Positions 20,009-29,755 of a stretch of 64,000 bases of DNA are shown one piece after another. The stretch is from Candidatus Buchananbacteria bacterium (GTDB taxonomy: Bacteria; Patescibacteriota; Patescibacteriia; Buchananbacterales; UBA6539). Every line of letters begins with the position of its first letter. Within the stretch, counting starts at the first letter, position 1. Below the pieces are notes generated by a model. That model saw only the letters and a list, made by a program, of their open reading frames with translations, did not search any database and was not told where the DNA came from. Both the position numbers and the translations under genes were made by a program. The stretch is taken from assembly GCA_041664165.1 (NCBI GenBank), contig JBAYLH010000002.1, positions 9,665 through 73,664 of the forward strand. The letters are read 5' to 3'.

Positions 20009-20668
20009 TTATTTATTGATTTTTTTGTATAAAAGGTATGAGTAAATCATTGGGAATAACGAGACAATGGTAATTCCAGCAATGAAAGAATACCAAAATA
20101 ATTCAGCGGGCAGAAATGAGCCGAAAATCATAAATAAACCCATCAGCATGAATAATTTTCCGCCCAAGCGGTGGGTTTTATTCCAGACTTGTTCATTAGA
20201 CAAAGTCCAGGGGGTCCGAATGCCCATAAACCAATTAGACTTAATCTTACCCATGTAGTTGCCCAGAATTAAAAATAACAGGCCAACAATTGTCGGGACA
20301 ACAACGTTAACTGGCAGCTCGTAGCCCAACCCGGCTAAACCGGTATAAAAATAAATTGCGACCATAAAACCAATAAAAAAGTTTTTAAAAATATGGTAGA
20401 CTTTGGCAAATTCAAGATAATGCTCTTTTTTAGGATCAAGATAAGGTAAACCTAAAAATAAGAGATAAAGGCCGAAAATTAAGCCGGGGAAAAAGAAAGC
20501 GGCAAATCCCTTGCCTGACCAGCCATCGATTTGACCCCGGTAATTCCAGTGAGTCGGAACTTTTTCGGGAAAATTAGCATAAAAATAAAAGCTGGCAAAC
20601 ACACTTAGAATAATTAAAATCACTGGGATAAATTCGGTTTTTAAAGTTGGTTTTATCGGACTGCTCAT
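20009..20668 (-). CDS. SdpI-family immunity membrane protein (DUF1648 + SdpI)
   Basis: PEKVPTHWN..G.IDGW, NWFMGIRTPWTLSNEQVWNKTHRLGG. Confidence 0.9.
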   Translation of the reverse strand: MSSPIKPTLKTEFIPVILIILSVFASFYFYANFPEKVPTHWNYRGQIDGWSGKGFAAFFFPGLIFGLYLLFLGLPYLDPKKEHYLEFAKVYHIFKNFFIGFMVAIYFYTGLAGLGYELPVNVVVPTIVGLLFLILGNYMGKIKSNWFMGIRTPWTLSNEQVWNKTHRLGGKLFMLMGLFMIFGSFLPAELFWYSFIAGITIVSLFPMIYSYLLYKKINK

Positions 20669-20946
20669 AATTTTTTAGCTTTATTTTTATTAAAAAAATT
20701 ATATAATTCTTCGGCGATTTCTTCAAAAACGCTCAAATTCAGCGAATAAATTATCTGCTGCCCCATCCTCTGAGTTGAGACTAAATTGGCATTTTTTAAC
20801 GTGGTTAAATGATGTGAGAGTGAGGGCAAAGTAATCTCAAAATTAACGGCGATTTCATTGACTGGCAAATCCTTTTTTTTAAGCAATTGCAGGATTTTTC
20901 TCCGGGTCGGATCAGATAAGGCGGTAAAAGTGTTATTAAGAGTCAT
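20665..20946 (-). CDS. ArsR/SdpR-family repressor
   Basis: FTALSDPTRRKIL..L, SLSHHL..LK.ANLV, IYSLN; coupled to the sdpI-like gene. Confidence 0.92.
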   Translation of the reverse strand: MTLNNTFTALSDPTRRKILQLLKKKDLPVNEIAVNFEITLPSLSHHLTTLKNANLVSTQRMGQQIIYSLNLSVFEEIAEELYNFFNKNKAKKL

Positions 20947-20980
20947 AGCTTCCCTTTCTTGGATAAATTAGGCGATTTTT

Positions 20981-21035
20981 ATTTAGATATTTAGACAAGT
21001 ATCTAAATAGTATAACAAAAAAATAAGGCCGTCAA
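20981..21035 (-). promoter_or_regulatory. Promoter with overlapping inverted-repeat operator
   Basis: Minus strand TTGACG-N17-TACTAT; TATTTAGA-N6-TCTAAATA inverted repeat plus an extra ATTTAGA half-site. Confidence 0.7.
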
Positions 21036-21056
21036 ATTAATTTATCCACAATCGGT

Positions 21057-21356
21057 TTATTTCCAATAAATCATTTTTAAATAATTGATGGCCAAATAAA
21101 TCGTGGCAGCTTGAAAAAAGTCATTAATCGTCGGTTTATGGCCGGAAACAAAAGGCAAGGCCAAAATTATTACCGGCGCTAAATACATCGTAATCGTATG
21201 CCTTAAACCTTTGGTCCAATTTAATTCAATCGGTAAAGCGCTGTTTCCCCCGGCGGCTAGAGCGCGTCTAATTCTGATTTTATTTTTGACAAAAATTATC
21301 GTTCCGGCGGCAATTAGGATAATGGTGGTAGCGGTTGTCAGGATTACGATCCACAT
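21057..21356 (-). CDS. Small membrane protein
   Basis: Hydrophobic; C-terminus similar to neighbour (ND..Q.....LA..YLK.IYW); GTG start. Confidence 0.65.
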   Translation of the reverse strand: MWIVILTTATTIILIAAGTIIFVKNKIRIRRALAAGGNSALPIELNWTKGLRHTITMYLAPVIILALPFVSGHKPTINDFFQAATIYLAINYLKMIYWK

Positions 21357-21360
21357 AAAA

Positions 21361-21786
21361 TTAAAATATTTTTCCCCAGTAAATAATCTTTAGGTAAGCT
21401 AAGGCGAGAAAAGCGACAATGACCTGCAAAATGTCATTAAAAACTATTTTTTCACCGCCGGCTAGCGGAATAAACAAAACGATAATCGGCATTGAATATA
21501 ACAATAAGTCATGTTTCAAGGCTTGGTTTTGGGAAAGATTAACCATTTGAATACCGCCAAGGCGCAACGATTCTTTGCTGTCAGTTTCCGATTTTCTTGA
21601 ATTTAAAAATAGAATCAAAGCAAAGATTAAAAGAACCATCAGCATGAACATAAAAAAGATGAAACTGACGGCGCTTTTGGTCTGGCTTATCGCTTTTTGA
21701 TCGTTGTAGGCTAAAAGCGAAACTACGGCAATTAGCGAAACTGCCATTAAATCACTAAAATCGTCTGATTTGTATTTTTTTGCCAT
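21361..21786 (-). CDS. Membrane protein
   Basis: Multiple TM segments; paralogous C-terminus with 21057-21356. Confidence 0.7.
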   Translation of the reverse strand: MAKKYKSDDFSDLMAVSLIAVVSLLAYNDQKAISQTKSAVSFIFFMFMLMVLLIFALILFLNSRKSETDSKESLRLGGIQMVNLSQNQALKHDLLLYSMPIIVLFIPLAGGEKIVFNDILQVIVAFLALAYLKIIYWGKIF

Positions 21787-21799
21787 TTTAGTTGGTTAG

Positions 21800-23092
21800 T
21801 TACAAGGCCGGCAAATATTCCAAGGGATTAACCGGAATGCCGTTTAATCGGACTTCAAAATGAAGATGAGGCCCGGTTGTTAACGGTCCGGCGCCCGGAC
21901 TGCCGGGTAAACCGCCTGATAAGCCGATTACCTGGCCTTTGGTTACGTAAGCATCTCCTTTAACGTAAACTGCCGAGACATGGCCAAAAACAGTGGAAAG
22001 GCCGTCGTTATGGATTAACATAATATAAGCATAGCTTTTGTCGCCTTTAAATTGAATTCGCGCGACGTAGCCGTTTTCCGGGGCTTTAATCGGCGTGCCT
22101 TGGCCGGCCCGGATGTCAATGGCCGGATGTTCAAAAATATAGCGAAAGGGGTAATCGGGGTCATGGAAATAAGCGGAAATTCCCCGGCCTGGTGAAACCG
22201 GCCAGCCTAGCCGGGCCGGACCGAAATCCTGGAATCTTTGGTTTTGTTCCTGTTCTTCCAATTTTTTCCGAACGGTTTTTTCGAGCGTGGCAATATCAGC
22301 ATTGATTTGCTGCTGTTCTAGCTGTAATTGGTAGGTATATTTTTGGTATTGTCTTTCAGTCAGTTTAGCTTGGGAAAAAAGGATTTGTTTGGCATTATTT
22401 TTTTCGGTTAATTCTGATTTTTGTTCCTGGAGCTGGGTTTTTAAATCTTCTTCAAGTTTTGCTTTGATTTCCCAGCTGGCTTTTTCGGTTTGTAAATCTT
22501 TTTGGTTGCCTTTCAATTTATCAACGGTATTTTTCAAGTTGGTATGAATTTCTTGGGTGTATTTTATTTGGTCAAAAAAATCAGAGAAAGAGTCGTTGAC
22601 CAAAAGTATTTTTAAATAGCCGACTTGGTCGTTACGGTTGATTAAGCGGATATAGCCGGCGATTTTTTGCTTGTTGTCGGCAATTTTATCTTCAATCTCT
22701 TTAATCTGCAAATTCAATTTTTGGATTTCTAAATTAGTTTGTTCGATTTTCATCTCGGTTGTCTCAATATCCAAATTAACTTTAGCCACTTCATTTTCTA
22801 AAATCGCAATTTGATTTTGCAGGCCTTTGGCTTCCTGCTGTTTGCTTTTAATCTGGTCGGCGTAAGCGTCAACTTCTTTTTGTAAAATATCAATTTGTTT
22901 GCGCCGGTCTTCGATTTTGTTGTTTAGTTCGGCGATGTCATCAGGTTTATTTTCTACCGTAGCCGAACCATCAATTGCCGCGGCGGAAATAATTTTTGGC
23001 AAAACCGAAAAACCAGCGATTATAAAGCTGAGGATTAGGCTGGTTACTAATATTTTCGCCCGGTTTATTTTTGGTTTTTTATTTTGGGTCAT
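21800..23092 (-). CDS. Coiled-coil M23 peptidase (EnvC-like murein hydrolase)
   Basis: Long coiled coil, HPAID, TGPHLHFEVR, VNPLEYL. Confidence 0.9.
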   Translation of the reverse strand: MTQNKKPKINRAKILVTSLILSFIIAGFSVLPKIISAAAIDGSATVENKPDDIAELNNKIEDRRKQIDILQKEVDAYADQIKSKQQEAKGLQNQIAILENEVAKVNLDIETTEMKIEQTNLEIQKLNLQIKEIEDKIADNKQKIAGYIRLINRNDQVGYLKILLVNDSFSDFFDQIKYTQEIHTNLKNTVDKLKGNQKDLQTEKASWEIKAKLEEDLKTQLQEQKSELTEKNNAKQILFSQAKLTERQYQKYTYQLQLEQQQINADIATLEKTVRKKLEEQEQNQRFQDFGPARLGWPVSPGRGISAYFHDPDYPFRYIFEHPAIDIRAGQGTPIKAPENGYVARIQFKGDKSYAYIMLIHNDGLSTVFGHVSAVYVKGDAYVTKGQVIGLSGGLPGSPGAGPLTTGPHLHFEVRLNGIPVNPLEYLPAL

Positions 23093-23117
23093 TATTACCT
23101 ATTATACAAAAATTGCC

Positions 23118-24551
23118 TTAATTTTGTAAGAGGTTAATCGCCTTTTTAAGCCGGGCAATGGATTTTTCCCGGCCTAAAATGGCGGCAATCGCAAACGGTC
23201 CCGGGGAAGCTTTCCGGCCGGATAAAGCGACCCGCATTGGCCAAAGTAAATCCCCTACTCCCAGATTTTTTTCCTTGATAAAATCAGTTACGCTTTTTTC
23301 CAAGTCAGCTTCGGTCCATTTTCCCGTTTTTATTTTTTCCAGTTCATCGATTAAAGTTTGAAGGTTTTCGGCAGTTTTTTCTTTAGTCAGTTTTTTCCAG
23401 AGTAAAAGCCCGTTGTCATAAGTCGGCTCCTTAAAGAAAAATTCAGTCGCCGCGACAATTTCGCTTAACTTTTTAATCCTTTCCTGCTCGGTTGAAATGA
23501 CTTTTTCTAAATATTTTTGGTCAGGCTTAATTCCGGCTGCCTCAAAAAATGGTTGACAAAGCTTAGCTAATTCGGCTGTATTTTTTTGCCGGATATACTG
23601 GCCGTTAAGCCAATCCAGTTTTTGGGTGTCAAAAATTGCGCCGGCTTTATTGACTTTAGCCAAATCAAAAATTTTGATCATTGCCTTCAGATCAAAAATT
23701 TCTTCAGCCGTTCCCGGGTTCCAGCCCAAAAGTAAAACAAAATTTAACAAGGCTTCCGGTAAGTAGCCGTTTTTTAGATAATCTTCAACGGCGACATCGC
23801 CTTGCCGTTTGGAAAGTTTTGAGCGGTCGGGATTCAGCAAAAGCGGCAGATGGGCAAATTCCGGCGCTTGCCAGCCGAAAGCCTGGTAAAGCAAAACGTG
23901 TTTTGGCGTTGAGGAAAGCCACTCTTCGCCTCTAATGACGTGAGTTATTTCCATTTCACGGTCATCAACGACGGAAGCTAAATGGTAAGTGGGAAAACCG
24001 TCGGATTTTAAAATTATTTGGTCATCAAGAGTTTGGTTGCTGAAACTGACTTTGCCTCGGATTAAATCGTTAAATTCAGTAACGCCGGTTTTAGGCATTT
24101 TAAAGCGGATGACGCGAGATTTTCCGGCCTTAAGCGAGTCATCAATTTCCGTTTGGCTTAAGCGGCAGCAGCAGCCGTCATACATCGGCGGCAGTTTTTT
24201 TTGCTGCTGGGTTTGCCTGACTTGCTCCAGTCTTTCCGGGGTGCAAAAGCAGTAGTAAGCTTTGTCATTTTTGACTAAATCTTGGGCAAATTTTTGATAA
24301 ATTGCCAGCCGCTCCGACTGGACCATCACCTTTTTATTATCCCAATTTAAGCCGAAAAATTTTAGCATTTTTTTGAGATTTTCGACCGCTCCCTCGACTT
24401 TTCTGGTCTGATCGGTATCTTCAATTCTTAATAAAAAATCACCACCAAAGTGTTTGGCAAAAAGATAAACGTATAAAGACGTCCGCAAACTGCCGACGTG
24501 AAAAAAGCCAGTCGGGCTGGGAGCAAAACGGGTTTTGACGGTTTTTGGCAT
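23118..24551 (-). CDS. gltX: Glutamate--tRNA ligase
   Basis: RFAPSPTG, LRIEDTD, THVIRGEEW, KLSKR. Confidence 0.97.
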   Translation of the reverse strand: MPKTVKTRFAPSPTGFFHVGSLRTSLYVYLFAKHFGGDFLLRIEDTDQTRKVEGAVENLKKMLKFFGLNWDNKKVMVQSERLAIYQKFAQDLVKNDKAYYCFCTPERLEQVRQTQQQKKLPPMYDGCCCRLSQTEIDDSLKAGKSRVIRFKMPKTGVTEFNDLIRGKVSFSNQTLDDQIILKSDGFPTYHLASVVDDREMEITHVIRGEEWLSSTPKHVLLYQAFGWQAPEFAHLPLLLNPDRSKLSKRQGDVAVEDYLKNGYLPEALLNFVLLLGWNPGTAEEIFDLKAMIKIFDLAKVNKAGAIFDTQKLDWLNGQYIRQKNTAELAKLCQPFFEAAGIKPDQKYLEKVISTEQERIKKLSEIVAATEFFFKEPTYDNGLLLWKKLTKEKTAENLQTLIDELEKIKTGKWTEADLEKSVTDFIKEKNLGVGDLLWPMRVALSGRKASPGPFAIAAILGREKSIARLKKAINLLQN

Positions 24552-24552
24552 A

Positions 24553-25296
24553 TTAGTTTTTTACCAGATATTTATTCTTAATAACTAAATAAGGAAAGAC
24601 AATAACGGCTTTAACGATCCTTTGCCAGCGCTGCGGTTGTAAAATTAAGCGGTACAACCATTCTAAGCCAAGGCGCTGAAGCCAAACCGGCGCCCGTTTG
24701 ACCGCGCCGGAGATATAATCAAAAGCGCCGCCGACGCCGATGGCGACTTTGACCGAAGGCATTTTATCAAGATGGTAAAAAATCCATTTTTCTTGTTTGA
24801 CCTGGCCGAAAGCAATAAAAATAATTTTCGGTTCAGCGGCATTAATTTCAGCAATTAAATCCAAATTGGCAGCTTGGGGGTTAGTAACCTCTCCCCCGCT
24901 TTTTGATCCGGCAATTTTTAAATTAGGAAAGTATTGTTTTATTACTTCCGCCGCCGCCCCGGCAATATTTTGCCCGGCGCCGAGAAAATAGACTGAACAC
25001 TCTTTTTGTTCAGCCAGTTCGCTCACCGACCAGACTAGATCAACGCCGGTAACCCGCTGCAGTCTTTGGCCTAAAAATTTAGCCGCTTTGGTCAAGCCGA
25101 TGCCGTCAGCCACGGCAATATCGGCATAGTTTAAAATTTCTTTGAAGCTTTTGTCTTTTTGGGCAGCGACTAAAAATTCCGGATTGGGGGTAACAAGATA
25201 ATGCTGATTTTTTGAATCTAAAAATTGGCTGATTTTTTCCAAAACTTCCTGCAGTGACAAATTATCAATTTTTACTCCCAAAATTTCGACTTTCAT
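24553..25296 (-). CDS. WecB/TagA/CpsF glycosyltransferase
   Basis: VTPNPE, ADGIG, RVTGVDL, GVGGAFD, RAP.W.Q.LGLEWLYRL. Confidence 0.93.
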   Translation of the reverse strand: MKVEILGVKIDNLSLQEVLEKISQFLDSKNQHYLVTPNPEFLVAAQKDKSFKEILNYADIAVADGIGLTKAAKFLGQRLQRVTGVDLVWSVSELAEQKECSVYFLGAGQNIAGAAAEVIKQYFPNLKIAGSKSGGEVTNPQAANLDLIAEINAAEPKIIFIAFGQVKQEKWIFYHLDKMPSVKVAIGVGGAFDYISGAVKRAPVWLQRLGLEWLYRLILQPQRWQRIVKAVIVFPYLVIKNKYLVKN

Positions 25297-25301
25297 AGAG
25301 T

Positions 25302-25445
25302 TTATAAAAATTTCTTCGGTCGGGGCAGCGGCTGGCTGAATCTGAACCGCTCGACTTCTTGCGGCCCGTCAGCTCGGTAGCGGCTCTTGGTCCGGTAGCG
25401 GGTAACTTTGCTCTTGTTGTAATTTCTCGATGAATGGTCTCTCAT
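25302..25445 (-). CDS. Small basic protein (47 aa), not in ORF track
   Basis: ATG..TAA fills the gap between thpR and the tagA-like gene: MRDHSSRNYNKSKVTRYRTKSRY...PKKFL. Confidence 0.45.
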   Translation of the reverse strand: MRDHSSRNYNKSKVTRYRTKSRYRADGPQEVERFRFSQPLPRPKKFL

Positions 25446-25462
25446 AGGTTAGGTGCTAGGGA

Positions 25463-26026
25463 TTAGGTGTTAGGAGCTAAAGTGTAGCTGGCTAATATTT
25501 TGTATTCCGCGCCGCTGCCTAAAAGCTGGCTTTCCATCAATTCAATGCTTTTGACTGGAATTTCAATTTTTGGCACGATTAAATTTTTAGTTTTAAATTG
25601 GCAAGGACTGACAATTCTGGCTAATGTTAAATGGGCGTGCCAGAGCCGGTGGTCAAGTTCGAGGCCGATTTTTTCAATGGCTCGGCCCAAATTAAGCTGC
25701 AAGTTCGCCAAATTTTCTCCCCGGGTTTGCCTGGCGGCCAAAAAAATGATCCTGGGTTTTTCTAAGTTTGGGAAAGCATCAATCTTTTCAGTAATTAAAC
25801 CGGTTTGGGCAAAATTTTTAGCTTGATTTTTTATAATTTCTTTAACTTGACTGATTTGCTCTTCGGTCAGATAGCCTAAAAAATGTAAGGTTAAGTGGAG
25901 CCCTTTGGTTTTAACGTAACGGATGACCGGATTGGAATTAATTTTTTTGGTTAAAGACAAAAATTCAGCTAGCTGGGTTTTTACTTCTTCTGACAAATTA
26001 ATCGCGATAAAAACTCGCTTTTTCAT
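25463..26026 (-). CDS. thpR: RNA 2',3'-cyclic phosphodiesterase (2H family)
   Basis: RVFIAI, HLTLHFLG, HLTLAR, LMESQL. Confidence 0.9.
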   Translation of the reverse strand: MKKRVFIAINLSEEVKTQLAEFLSLTKKINSNPVIRYVKTKGLHLTLHFLGYLTEEQISQVKEIIKNQAKNFAQTGLITEKIDAFPNLEKPRIIFLAARQTRGENLANLQLNLGRAIEKIGLELDHRLWHAHLTLARIVSPCQFKTKNLIVPKIEIPVKSIELMESQLLGSGAEYKILASYTLAPNT

Positions 26027-26064
26027 AATTGAATTATATCATCTAATAATGGTATAATCAAGCT

Positions 26065-26952
26065 ATGACCGAGGCATTATTTTATAAAAAATCGGCAGAA
26101 AATCAGGTGAAGTGCGAATTATGCCATCAGTTTTGCCAAATTGCCGCCGGCCAGCGCGGTTTATGCGGCGTAAGGGAAAATCAAAACGGAATTTTGCAGA
26201 CTTTGGTTTACGGCAAAGTCATTGCCGCTCATATTGACCCGATCGAAAAAAAACCGCTTTACCATTTTTTGCCCAAAACCCAAACTTATTCTTTGGCGAC
26301 AGTGGGTTGTAATTTCCGCTGTGCTCACTGCCAAAATGCCGATATTTCCCAGGCTTCTAAAGAGGGCTATTTTTTTGAAAAAAAAGAAATCCCGGGAACA
26401 GATATGACTCCCCGGCAAGTCGTTGAGCAAGCCAAAAAATTTAGTTGTCCCAGTATTTCTTATACCTACACCGAGCCGACGATTTTTTTTGAATTCGCCC
26501 TTGACTGCATGAAATTGGCGGCAGAAAATAAGCTAAAAAATATCTGGGTTTCCAATGGTTACACTGGCTCCCCGGCCCTGGAAATGGCGAAGCCCTATTT
26601 GGACGCGGTTAATATTGATTTGAAATTTTTTAAAGAAGCTACCTACCAAAAAATTTGCGGGGCGAAACTGCAGCCGGTTTTGGACAATTTAGTCTGGTAT
26701 AAGAAAAATAACATCTGGCTGGAAGTAACCACTTTGATTATTCCGACTTTGAATGACAGCGACGAGGAGCTGGGCTTGATTGCAAAGTTTATAAAAGATA
26801 AACTAGGTTGTAATACTCCCTGGCACGTTACTGCTTTTTTTCCGACTTACCGGCTGGACAATTTGCCGCCTATGAATCGGGAAACTATTTTTAAGGCGAA
26901 GGCGATCGGTGAAAAAGCCGGGCTTTTGCACGTTTATATTGGAAATATCTAG
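26065..26952 (+). CDS. amrS: AmmeMemoRadiSam system radical SAM enzyme
   Basis: C.LC...C...G.CGVR, DPIEKKPLYHF, CNFRCAHC, TYTEP. Confidence 0.92.
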   Translation: MTEALFYKKSAENQVKCELCHQFCQIAAGQRGLCGVRENQNGILQTLVYGKVIAAHIDPIEKKPLYHFLPKTQTYSLATVGCNFRCAHCQNADISQASKEGYFFEKKEIPGTDMTPRQVVEQAKKFSCPSISYTYTEPTIFFEFALDCMKLAAENKLKNIWVSNGYTGSPALEMAKPYLDAVNIDLKFFKEATYQKICGAKLQPVLDNLVWYKKNNIWLEVTTLIIPTLNDSDEELGLIAKFIKDKLGCNTPWHVTAFFPTYRLDNLPPMNRETIFKAKAIGEKAGLLHVYIGNI

Positions 26953-26954
26953 CC

Positions 26955-28301
26955 ATGAAAAAAATTTTAAAAAAAATTATCGTTTTCAGCGCTTTAGCCG
27001 CCATTGCCATGCCGCAATTGGCGCAAGCGGATTTTTATTTTAATCCCCATTATATTATCAGCGACGAGGAAATCAGCGATTATCAATGTCTGTCTTTGGG
27101 CGGGATTCAGCAATTTTTGGAAAGCCAGGGCAGCGCTTTGGCCAGCCGGTATTTTTTGGATTATCAGGGAGTCAACAAACGGGCATCAGAAATAATCTGG
27201 CAGGCGGCTTTGGAAAGCAAAATTAGCCCTAAGCTTTTATTGGCGACTTTGCAAAAAGAGCAAAGTTTGATTGGAGATCCTTCGCCCAGCCAAAATCAGC
27301 TCGATAAAGCCATGGGCTACCGCTGTCCGGATAGCGGTGGCTGCAACCCCAAAGCGGCGGGGTTTGGCAAACAGGTTGATGGCGCGGCCTGGCAGTTTCG
27401 GCAGTATCTTGATAACCCTTTTAACTGGACTTTTCAAGCCGGCCAACTTTTTGATATCGATGGCTATCTGATCACCCCGGTCAATCAAGCGACCGCGGCT
27501 TTGTATAATTATACGCCTCATTATTCCGGCAACCGGCACTTCTGGCAGATTTGGCAAGACTACTGGGGCCGGGATTTTCCCGACGGCTCGCTGCTTAAAG
27601 CCGACGGCAGCCCGGCAGTTTGGCTTTTGCAATACGGAACCAAAAGACTGATTACGTCATACGGCATTTTGCTTTCCCGTTTTGACCCGAAAAAGATTTT
27701 GATAGTTTCCAAAACTGACTTGGAAAAATACGAAACCGGGCCGTCGATGAAGTTTTATAATTACTCTTTGCTTGGCTTGCCCGATGGTAGCATTTATCTT
27801 TTGGTTGATGATGTTTTGCATCACATTGCGACGCCGGAAGTTTTCAAAACCATCGGCTTTAACTGGGAGGAAGTCATGCCGGCCGATGTCAAAGATTTAG
27901 CGGGTTACAGCTATGGTTCGGAAATTACGGTCAGCAGCGTTTATCCCACCGGCGCGCTTTTGCAAAATAAAAAAACCGGCGGCGTGTATTATATTGAAAA
28001 TGGCATCAAAATGCCGATTATCGCCAAAGAAATTTTAGCGGCTAATTTTAAACAGAAAGTTTTAACGCCGGTTAGCCAAGAAGAGCTTGATAAGTATCAA
28101 ACTGGCGATCCGGTCAAATTCCGAGACGGTGAATTAATCCGTTCTGCGACCGACTCCCGAGTTTACGTAATTTCCGGCGGTTATCGGCGCTGGGTTAAAA
28201 GCGAAAAAGCATTTGCTAAATTTGGCTATAAATGGGATAATATAATTACGACGACTCAAGCCGCGGTTGAACTTCAGCCGCTGGGAGCCGATATTGAATA
28301 A
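26955..28301 (+). CDS. Secreted protein: possible lysozyme-like N-domain plus DG.L repeats
   Basis: Signal peptide; LLATLQKEQSL, GYRCPD, NQATAALYNYTPH; four C-terminal repeats. Confidence 0.7.
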   Translation: MKKILKKIIVFSALAAIAMPQLAQADFYFNPHYIISDEEISDYQCLSLGGIQQFLESQGSALASRYFLDYQGVNKRASEIIWQAALESKISPKLLLATLQKEQSLIGDPSPSQNQLDKAMGYRCPDSGGCNPKAAGFGKQVDGAAWQFRQYLDNPFNWTFQAGQLFDIDGYLITPVNQATAALYNYTPHYSGNRHFWQIWQDYWGRDFPDGSLLKADGSPAVWLLQYGTKRLITSYGILLSRFDPKKILIVSKTDLEKYETGPSMKFYNYSLLGLPDGSIYLLVDDVLHHIATPEVFKTIGFNWEEVMPADVKDLAGYSYGSEITVSSVYPTGALLQNKKTGGVYYIENGIKMPIIAKEILAANFKQKVLTPVSQEELDKYQTGDPVKFRDGELIRSATDSRVYVISGGYRRWVKSEKAFAKFGYKWDNIITTTQAAVELQPLGADIE

Positions 28302-28309
28302 ATAAATTT

Positions 28310-29107
28310 ATGCCTATAGTTTTTGCGGCGATTACGCCCCATCCGCCGGTTTTAATTCCGGAAATCGGCAAGGATAACGTAAAAAAAATCGATAAAACCC
28401 TGCAGGCGTTCAAGAAACTGGAGCAGGATTTTTACGCCTCAAAACCGGAAAGCGTGGTGATAATTTCGCCCCACGGAAAAATTTTGCCTGATTCTTTCAG
28501 CATCAACTTGAATTCCGATTACGCGGCGAACTTTAAGGAATTCGGCGATTTCGGCCTGGAATTAAAATTCAAAAGCGATTACATGTCGATTCAGGAAATT
28601 CGAGCCGCCGATGAAACCAACCAGGCCGTGCCGATAGTTTTAACCAGCGAAAAAGAAATTGATCACGGTTTTTCCATCCCCCTTTATTTTTTGACGAGCC
28701 ATTTGAAAAATATTCCGATCATTCCGCTGACTTATTCCGGCTTGAATTATCAGCAGCATTTCGCTTTCGGCCAGTTTTTGCATCGGCAGCTGGCGAAAAT
28801 CAACAAACGTTTCGCCATTATCGCTTCGGGCGACTTGTCTCATCGGCTGACCAAAGACGCTCCGGGCGGATTTTCGGCCGAGGGCAAAAAATTTGATAAA
28901 AAGCTGGTTGATTTGATAAAAAAGAAAGATACGCAAGGTATTTTGAATCTCGATCAGGAATTAGTAAAACAAGCCGGCGAATGCGGCTTGCGGTCAGTGG
29001 TTACTTTGCTGGGAATTTTGGATGATTTGAACGTCAAGCCGGAGGTGCTGTCTTACGAAGGGCCGTTTGGCGTCGGTTATTTAGTCTGCAATTTTAAGTT
29101 AGTGTAG
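28310..29107 (+). CDS. amrB: AmmeMemoRadiSam protein B / LigB-like (Memo) protein
   Basis: PHPP.LIPEIG, ISPH, DHG, ASGDLSH, GECG, YEGPFGVGY. Confidence 0.85.
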   Translation: MPIVFAAITPHPPVLIPEIGKDNVKKIDKTLQAFKKLEQDFYASKPESVVIISPHGKILPDSFSINLNSDYAANFKEFGDFGLELKFKSDYMSIQEIRAADETNQAVPIVLTSEKEIDHGFSIPLYFLTSHLKNIPIIPLTYSGLNYQQHFAFGQFLHRQLAKINKRFAIIASGDLSHRLTKDAPGGFSAEGKKFDKKLVDLIKKKDTQGILNLDQELVKQAGECGLRSVVTLLGILDDLNVKPEVLSYEGPFGVGYLVCNFKLV

Positions 29108-29180
29108 GTGAGTTGGTAAGTTTGTAAGTTTTTAAGTTGGTAAGTTACTAAGTTTATAAGTTTGTAAGTTGGTAAGTTTT
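29108..29180. repeat. Octamer tandem repeats (TAAGTT core)
   Basis: About 8 copies of NNTAAGTT at 8-nt period. Confidence 0.85.
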
Positions 29181-29207
29181 TTAGGCGGCGGCTGGCTTGG
29201 GTGCCAG

Positions 29208-29471
29208 CTATTTTTTAGTTATCAATTTGAAAAAGTATTTCCATTTTTCGCCGGTTTGGCAAAGCTCTTTAGTCTCATTGAGGCATTTTTCGACAAAATC
29301 TTTGGTGTTTTCTTTGCAGATTTTGAAAACGGAGTTTCTTTTAAAAGTCGGAATAGCCAAATCATCGATTATTTTCAAAGCAAAATCCTGCCAGGGATAA
29401 GCCGGCGGTTTGATGGTCTTTTTTTTCGCCATAATGTCTTTGAAATTTTGCGGACCCAAGTCAATTGTCAT
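29208..29471 (-). CDS. Conserved hypothetical small protein
   Basis: ATG at 29471; PPAYPWQDFAL..I..L, KWKYFFKL. Confidence 0.7.
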   Translation of the reverse strand: MTIDLGPQNFKDIMAKKKTIKPPAYPWQDFALKIIDDLAIPTFKRNSVFKICKENTKDFVEKCLNETKELCQTGEKWKYFFKLITKK

Positions 29472-29523
29472 AATATTTAGACTATAGCAGATTAAAGCAA
29501 TAAAAAAAAGCCAGCCAAAACTC

Positions 29524-29733
29524 TTAGCCAAGGGCGTCGTCAATCTGCTGACAAATAAACACGATGACGCCAAAGAGTAAAGTAATGACTAGCTGCAAGC
29601 CAGTTGGGCTTTTGATTCTTTTTGCGGCATGCCTTTTGATTTCTTCAGCGACCAGGTAGGCATTGGTACTGAAATAGGCCGCCAGGAAAATCGAGCCAAC
29701 AATTGATGCTGCCAGCCAGACCCAGCTAACCAT
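29524..29733 (-). CDS. Small membrane protein
   Basis: Strong SD AAAGGAGG; two hydrophobic segments. Confidence 0.6.
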   Translation of the reverse strand: MVSWVWLAASIVGSIFLAAYFSTNAYLVAEEIKRHAAKRIKSPTGLQLVITLLFGVIVFICQQIDDALG

Positions 29734-29755
29734 AGTTAGCCTCCTTTCTTTCTGG

